IMG/VR virus record: IMGVR_UViG_3300034008_000092
Location: 1 to 38,544 of that record
DNA length: 38,544 bases
Source of the DNA: a virus
Taxonomy: Duplodnaviria; Caudoviricetes
Strand: one strand, 5' to 3'
Made by a program: the position numbers and the translations under genes. The number at the start of each line of letters is the position of its first letter. Position 1 is the stretch's first letter. This document shows, piece by piece, positions 34,042 through 38,544 of this stretch. Below the pieces are notes generated by a model, which was not told the origin of the DNA, did no database searches, and worked only from the letters and a program-made list of their open reading frames with translations.

Positions 34042-34637
34042 CAGAGTAGAAGCTCAATAGGTTCATCGGAAACGCATTGCAGCTCTACCGCCTGCAGGTT
34101 GGTGTAGCCGGGCAGGGCCTGGTAGGTCGGGTTTTCAATCACCAGGTTTTTGATGCCGAAAACAGTTTGCAAATGGCCCGACACCGGCAGGGCCACCCCG
34201 ACCGCTATCAAATCGCGGAGGGCCTGCACCAGCTGCAGCGGATAAGCAAACCGGTTTTCGCTGTAGGGGTCGGTAGCGAGTAGGGCCTGAATCGTTACCG
34301 CAAAATCACTCTGGCCGATGTACTCCTTTACCGTGCCATTGCGGCCCGCTATCGGGGTTTTTAGAACGATTTGGGGCTGCGCTACCGTAATAATCGGGTC
34401 GAGCAATTCCAGGCCGGCCGCGCCCCCGTTGGGGCCGTGGGCATCCCCGAAAATCACTTTGCAGAACAGCGGCAGGCCGAGCAAGCCCAGCCCGGCATCA
34501 CCGTGCAGCTCCGGCCCGGCCGGCTGCGCCCGGGGCCGGTCGGGGGTGCCCAGCGCCCCGGGCAGGCTGAGGCGCTTCGAGGCCAGGCCGTAGCCGAACG
34601 CCTCCAAAGTCAGGGCCTGTATATCGATGCTTCGCAT
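34041..34637 (-). CDS. DUF6046-like tail tube initiator
   Basis: IVLKTPIAGRNGTVKEYI...SDEPIEL; follows the tape measure gene. Confidence 0.75.
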   Translation of the reverse strand: MRSIDIQALTLEAFGYGLASKRLSLPGALGTPDRPRAQPAGPELHGDAGLGLLGLPLFCKVIFGDAHGPNGGAAGLELLDPIITVAQPQIVLKTPIAGRNGTVKEYIGQSDFAVTIQALLATDPYSENRFAYPLQLVQALRDLIAVGVALPVSGHLQTVFGIKNLVIENPTYQALPGYTNLQAVELQCVSDEPIELLL

Positions 34638-36289
34638 TAGTTGGCTGAGCTGAGGGTGTTCACGTCGTTTAAGCTGCTCATCAGGTTTCGGAGCACTATC
34701 TGCCCGATTTGCTCCGCTGATTCGGTCACGTTGGCCGCGGTCACGTTCAAATCTTTGATGAGCGTCCCGATGCTCAGCGTGATGTGCGTAATCTTGCTGC
34801 CGCCGGCCGCGCCGGCGGTGCCGGCTTTCTCTTTGAGGCTAGGAGCCAGGCTGGCCGGGGTTTTGCCCCCCTTCATCAGCGCGGCCGGGCCCGACTCGCC
34901 GGCACCGCCGGCACTGGTGCCCTTGGCCACGTCGAACAGCGTCGATTTTTTAAAGCCCTTTTGGTAGCCATCACCGAACGCGGCCCCGGCTTTTTCGGCA
35001 ATGCCCCCGCCATCGGCCAGGGCGTGCAGCGATTCTTTGAGGCCGTTCTTTAGCTTGCCCCAATTCAGGGTAAAAACCCCCTCTATTATATCGCTGAGGC
35101 CACCGAACGCCTTCACCGCGGCCTTTACGATTTCGGTAAACACCGTAACGGCCGCCTGCCAGAGGCCGGCAAAGAATTTCTGCAGGCGCGGGCTAGTGGC
35201 CACAAAGTGCCCGATTGCCTCAATCAGGTGAGCAAATTTGAGGTAAATAGCCCCTAGGCCGGCCGCGGCTACCTTAATCACCGGGCTGAGGTAATTGATT
35301 ACCGTAGCCAGGCCATTAAAAACGGTGGTGAGAAAATCGCCCCCGTCCCCGGCAATTCCGAGCTCAGTCCAGATTTGCTCAATGGCATCGATGAGGGGCT
35401 GAAAGGCCTCCTGCAGCGGCTTAAACATCTGCACTATTTGGCCCGACTTGCTTTGTGCCCAGGTGAGCAGGGCCGCGCCGGCATCCACAATTTTGCCCAG
35501 GCCCGGGGTGAGCGCTTCGCCCAACTTGCCGCCGATGTTTTGCGCGAAACCTACCAGGCTGCTGAGGCGGCCGGCAAAGGTTTTGCTCTGCTTATCCATC
35601 AGGCCGGCCCACTTGCCGCCGGCCCCGCCGAGCTCATCAAATGCTTTGTCGAGCATCCCGAACGAAATTTTCCCGTCGGCTCCCATTTTCCGCACTTGGC
35701 TGGTAGTCACCCCTAGCTGCTTCGCTAGGGAGTCCATCACCGGAATACCGGAATCTACCAGCTGATTGAGGTCTTCGCCCTGAATGATGCCGCTGAGCTT
35801 GTTCTTGCCCCACATCGATATCAGCTCATTGAAGTCCTTCCCGGTGGCGCTGCTGATGTTGCCCAGCTTGGTGAGAATCGGGTTGAGCGATTCGGCATTT
35901 TCGCCAAAGGCCAGCAGCTGCCGGCCCGCGCTAATTACTTGGTCGTCTTCGAAGGGGGTAATCTGCGCGAACTTCTGCAGGTCGGCTATTACCGCGTTTC
36001 CTTTCTCCGCGGAGCCGGTGAAGGTTTCAAACTGCACCCGCGTCTGCTCCAAATCGGAGCCCATTTTTACGATGCCCTTCACCGCTTCAAACACCCCAAA
36101 AGCGGCGAAGGCCTTCCCGGCCATGCCGGCCAGTGAGCTGAGCCCGCCCTCCGCTTTTGAGGTGTTTACTTTAACGTCGTGCGGCTTTTCTACCCGCCGG
36201 CCGAATTCGTCAACCTTCGCGGCCAGTGCGGCCAGTTTGGGCCCTAGCAGGTCTTCTAAGGTTAATCTAAAATTGAGCAGGCCCGCCAT
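34637..36289 (-). CDS. Tape measure protein
   Basis: LEQTRVQFETFTGSAEKG...FAQITPF...GEDLNQL...GIP...QSKTFAGRLSSL; start refined to MAGLL. Confidence 0.9.
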   Translation of the reverse strand: MAGLLNFRLTLEDLLGPKLAALAAKVDEFGRRVEKPHDVKVNTSKAEGGLSSLAGMAGKAFAAFGVFEAVKGIVKMGSDLEQTRVQFETFTGSAEKGNAVIADLQKFAQITPFEDDQVISAGRQLLAFGENAESLNPILTKLGNISSATGKDFNELISMWGKNKLSGIIQGEDLNQLVDSGIPVMDSLAKQLGVTTSQVRKMGADGKISFGMLDKAFDELGGAGGKWAGLMDKQSKTFAGRLSSLVGFAQNIGGKLGEALTPGLGKIVDAGAALLTWAQSKSGQIVQMFKPLQEAFQPLIDAIEQIWTELGIAGDGGDFLTTVFNGLATVINYLSPVIKVAAAGLGAIYLKFAHLIEAIGHFVATSPRLQKFFAGLWQAAVTVFTEIVKAAVKAFGGLSDIIEGVFTLNWGKLKNGLKESLHALADGGGIAEKAGAAFGDGYQKGFKKSTLFDVAKGTSAGGAGESGPAALMKGGKTPASLAPSLKEKAGTAGAAGGSKITHITLSIGTLIKDLNVTAANVTESAEQIGQIVLRNLMSSLNDVNTLSSAN

Positions 36290-36291
36290 TA

Positions 36292-36486
36292 CTAAATAAC
36301 TTTTACAGGGAATTTTTCGGGGTTGCGCCGAATCCAATCAGCTTGCTGAAACTTCGCCCCGAACTCCGTATCGGTCAGTTTATCGGGGTCGATGTGCAGA
36401 TACCGGCTGATGATGCCAGCCATTTTTTGCAGCTCATCGGCCCCGTCTTTATCACTGACTACCGGAGCCGAGGCTATAGCTTTTTT
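36292..36486 (-). CDS. -1 frameshift extension of tail assembly chaperone (gpGT-like)
   Basis: A_AAA_AAG at 36486-36480 just before the stop. The -1 frame is open (...ISRYLHIDPDKLTDTEFGAKFQQADWI...) to a TAG 2 nt before the tape measure ATG. Confidence 0.8.
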   Translation of the reverse strand, partial: KKAIASAPVVSDKDGADELQKMAGIISRYLHIDPDKLTDTEFGAKFQQADWIRRNPEKFPVKVI

Positions 36487-36932
36487 GAGCTGGCAGCCAG
36501 TAGCTCAATGGTGCCGGCGGCCTCCATGGCTGCCGCTATCACCAGGGCATCATCTTGCTGCTCACTGCCCGGGTTACACCGGGGGTCACCACCCAAAAAG
36601 CAGTTATTTAGAATCCATTCGCCGGCTTCCAATAGCTTTTTATTCATGGTGCAGGTCAGTGCGTAAGCAATAACATTGCGGTCGGGGTTGTGAATAAAGC
36701 AGCGCACCACCTCCCCGGCCGCGCCGGAAATGGTGATTTCGGTCACGGTCTTATGCTGCCGTTTCCAGAGCTCAATCTGCGGCGCGTAGGGGTCGGGGGC
36801 GGGCTGCTCACCCGGGGCTGCAGCGGCAGCACCTGGTGCACCAGGTGCGCCGGCCGGCGCGTAGGCAGCAACGGGTGCCGGGGCACCGGTGGCCGCGGGC
36901 GTGGTGCCCGCGGCGGTTGGGGTTAGTTCCAT
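36474..36932 (-). CDS. Tail assembly chaperone (gpG-like)
   Basis: Between tube and tape measure; QIELWKRQH...NCFLGGD; ends at the slippery site. Confidence 0.8.
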   Translation of the reverse strand: MELTPTAAGTTPAATGAPAPVAAYAPAGAPGAPGAAAAAPGEQPAPDPYAPQIELWKRQHKTVTEITISGAAGEVVRCFIHNPDRNVIAYALTCTMNKKLLEAGEWILNNCFLGGDPRCNPGSEQQDDALVIAAAMEAAGTIELLAASSKKL

Positions 36933-37348
36933 ACGATATCAGCTACAATCAGCTCAAGCTCTACCTCAATCGAGGTATCGCCCGCCTTTATTTGGCGTTT
37001 GTTGTTGGTGAATTCACAGCCGCGGATTTTGTGGGTAATGAGGCGGTTTGACTCATTGCGGTAGGCCACCACAATCGTAAAGGGGCCGATGTCCTGCAGG
37101 CGCTGGCCGGGTTTCAGGGCTCCCTGAATCCGCTCCAATTCCTTCATTTCAAGGGTAATTGAGGCCTTCGCCTCATATTTACCGTAGCCGCGGGAAGCGG
37201 CGAAGATGCCCGCGCCCGGGTTGTTGACCTTTTCTTGCGTGTCCTCATACATCACGGCTACAATGCCGATGAGGCTCAGGCCGAGCATCTGAACTTTGAT
37301 GCTGGCCCAATCGTAGGCCCGGCCGTTTAATAGCGGTTGCTCAACCAT
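36923..37348 (-). CDS. Tail tube protein
   Basis: LNGRAYDWASI...RGYGKYEAKASITL...CEFT. Confidence 0.8.
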   Translation of the reverse strand: MVEQPLLNGRAYDWASIKVQMLGLSLIGIVAVMYEDTQEKVNNPGAGIFAASRGYGKYEAKASITLEMKELERIQGALKPGQRLQDIGPFTIVVAYRNESNRLITHKIRGCEFTNNKRQIKAGDTSIEVELELIVADIVWN

Positions 37349-37350
37349 CG

Positions 37351-38541
37351 TTAAATTTTGGTTACGAGGCCAATAGTGGCCTCAATTGCGCGTGAAACCC
37401 CTACCGGAACCCCGGAAAAACCGACCTTTAGCGGGGTGTTGCCGGTGCTGCTGCTCAGCACCTGAGCCGGGTCGATGTACACTTCTAAGGCGCTGAGCTC
37501 ATTCGTGCGGCCCATGTTGACGGTGAGCGCGTTCGCGCCCTTTTCCTCCAATTCGCCCAGCACCTGCGGCTGCAGGGTGCCATCGGCCTGCAGCAGCAGG
37601 GGGCCTTTGAGCTGCGGCAGCAGGGCCTGCCGAACGAGGCGGGCCATCTTATTGATGGTTCGCACGTTCTCAATTTGGCAGTAGTCCGAATCTTTGCCGA
37701 TACAGGTCGGGGAGTCGGCAAAAAAGAACCCATCAGCGCCCGGGTGCTGAATCACTACGATGTAGCCCTTATCATTCAGCGCGGCCAAATCACCGGGCAG
37801 CAGGTCGGCATTAGCCACGCCGTTGCTGATGCCGGCATTTTCAAAGCTGCCATCACCGCGGAGCTGGCAGCCCTCAATCCAGCCGATGCAGATGTGCACC
37901 TGCACGGCCGAAACCATGCCCAGCAGCGCCCCAATAGCGGGCTCATCGGGCTGCAGCAGGTTATCGGTGCCCACCACAACGCCCACCGAGGGGGCTAGTT
38001 TGGTGGTGAGGTCGGGCAGGGTGGTGAGGTCGACCGGCAGGCCGTGGCCGGCCAGCAGGCAGAGGATAGGGCGGTGCTGCTCAAATTCCTCATCGGCCAG
38101 GGCCTGCGCTTTGGCAATGGCCGGCACCACGTCGGCCACAAAGCCGGCGGTAGCACCACCGGCGGCGGGGCTGAGGTAGAAACCGATTTGCTTCACCCGG
38201 CCATTAGCGCCCTGCAGCAACTTTTTGCCGTAGGCTTTGGTGCGGTCGGCCATGTCGGCCAGGCTTACCGCGTCGCTCACCATCAGCAGCAGCACCGCGC
38301 CCGGGCTGAGGCGGTAGAACTCGCTGAGCTGGTAGTGCAGGGCCGCGTAGGCCACTGAGGCCGCGGTGATGCCCAGCGCCTCAGCGGCTACCAGGCTCCG
38401 GAGCTCATACGCCCGATTTTGGTCGAGCTTGCCGGCAATGGCCGGGCCGGTGGTGATGAGGGCCGAAACGCCGTCATCGGTGGGCTGTTGCCGGCCGAGC
38501 CCGCCCTGCCGTTTTTTTAGTAAAATGTCGGGAAGTGCCAT
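37351..38541 (-). CDS. Tail sheath protein (DUF2586-like)
   Basis: GGLGR...DGVSAL...EFYR...LNDKGYI...G.FFADSPT...SDY..IEN.RTINK. Confidence 0.85.
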   Translation of the reverse strand: MALPDILLKKRQGGLGRQQPTDDGVSALITTGPAIAGKLDQNRAYELRSLVAAEALGITAASVAYAALHYQLSEFYRLSPGAVLLLMVSDAVSLADMADRTKAYGKKLLQGANGRVKQIGFYLSPAAGGATAGFVADVVPAIAKAQALADEEFEQHRPILCLLAGHGLPVDLTTLPDLTTKLAPSVGVVVGTDNLLQPDEPAIGALLGMVSAVQVHICIGWIEGCQLRGDGSFENAGISNGVANADLLPGDLAALNDKGYIVVIQHPGADGFFFADSPTCIGKDSDYCQIENVRTINKMARLVRQALLPQLKGPLLLQADGTLQPQVLGELEEKGANALTVNMGRTNELSALEVYIDPAQVLSSSTGNTPLKVGFSGVPVGVSRAIEATIGLVTKI

Positions 38542-38544
38542 TTT
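38418..38544. repeat. Terminal direct repeat, copy 2
   Basis: Identical to 1-127. Confidence 0.95.

Overview
The window is a complete circular genome of about 38.4 kb (bases 1-127 repeat exactly at 38418-38544, an assembly overlap) from a GC-rich contractile-tailed (myovirus-type) phage. Its structural genes are Mu-like, of the kind seen in Bacteroidota phages. A Hymenobacter-like host is inferred from promoter style, GC content and recalled protein similarity. One + strand block (4641-11216) encodes the small and large terminase, a gp36-like connector, a fused portal/MuF protein and neck proteins. Everything else is on the - strand: protease, capsid, lysis cassette, sheath, tube, tape measure, baseplate and fibres, then the early region (SSAP, Rep with internal iterons, loader-like protein, VRR-NUC, Mor-like activator, ASCH and many orphans). 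No integrase, transposase, ParA or protelomerase is recognisable. The main non-coding signals are: (1) a 28-bp XerCD dif-like site at 13084-13111, suggesting host-Xer-dependent integration or dimer resolution in a tailed phage; (2) a perfect 61-bp palindrome at 11239-11299 whose core copies the iteron pair of the origin 13 kb away; (3) a G_GGA_AAG slippery site plus stem-loop in the portal-MuF linker, where a -1 shift meets a stop after one codon; (4) an exact 34-bp operator-like repeat at two early promoters; (5) at least 16 copies of the palindrome GCACCWGGTGC, with GATC apparently absent. All calls come from reading motifs by eye; no searches were run.
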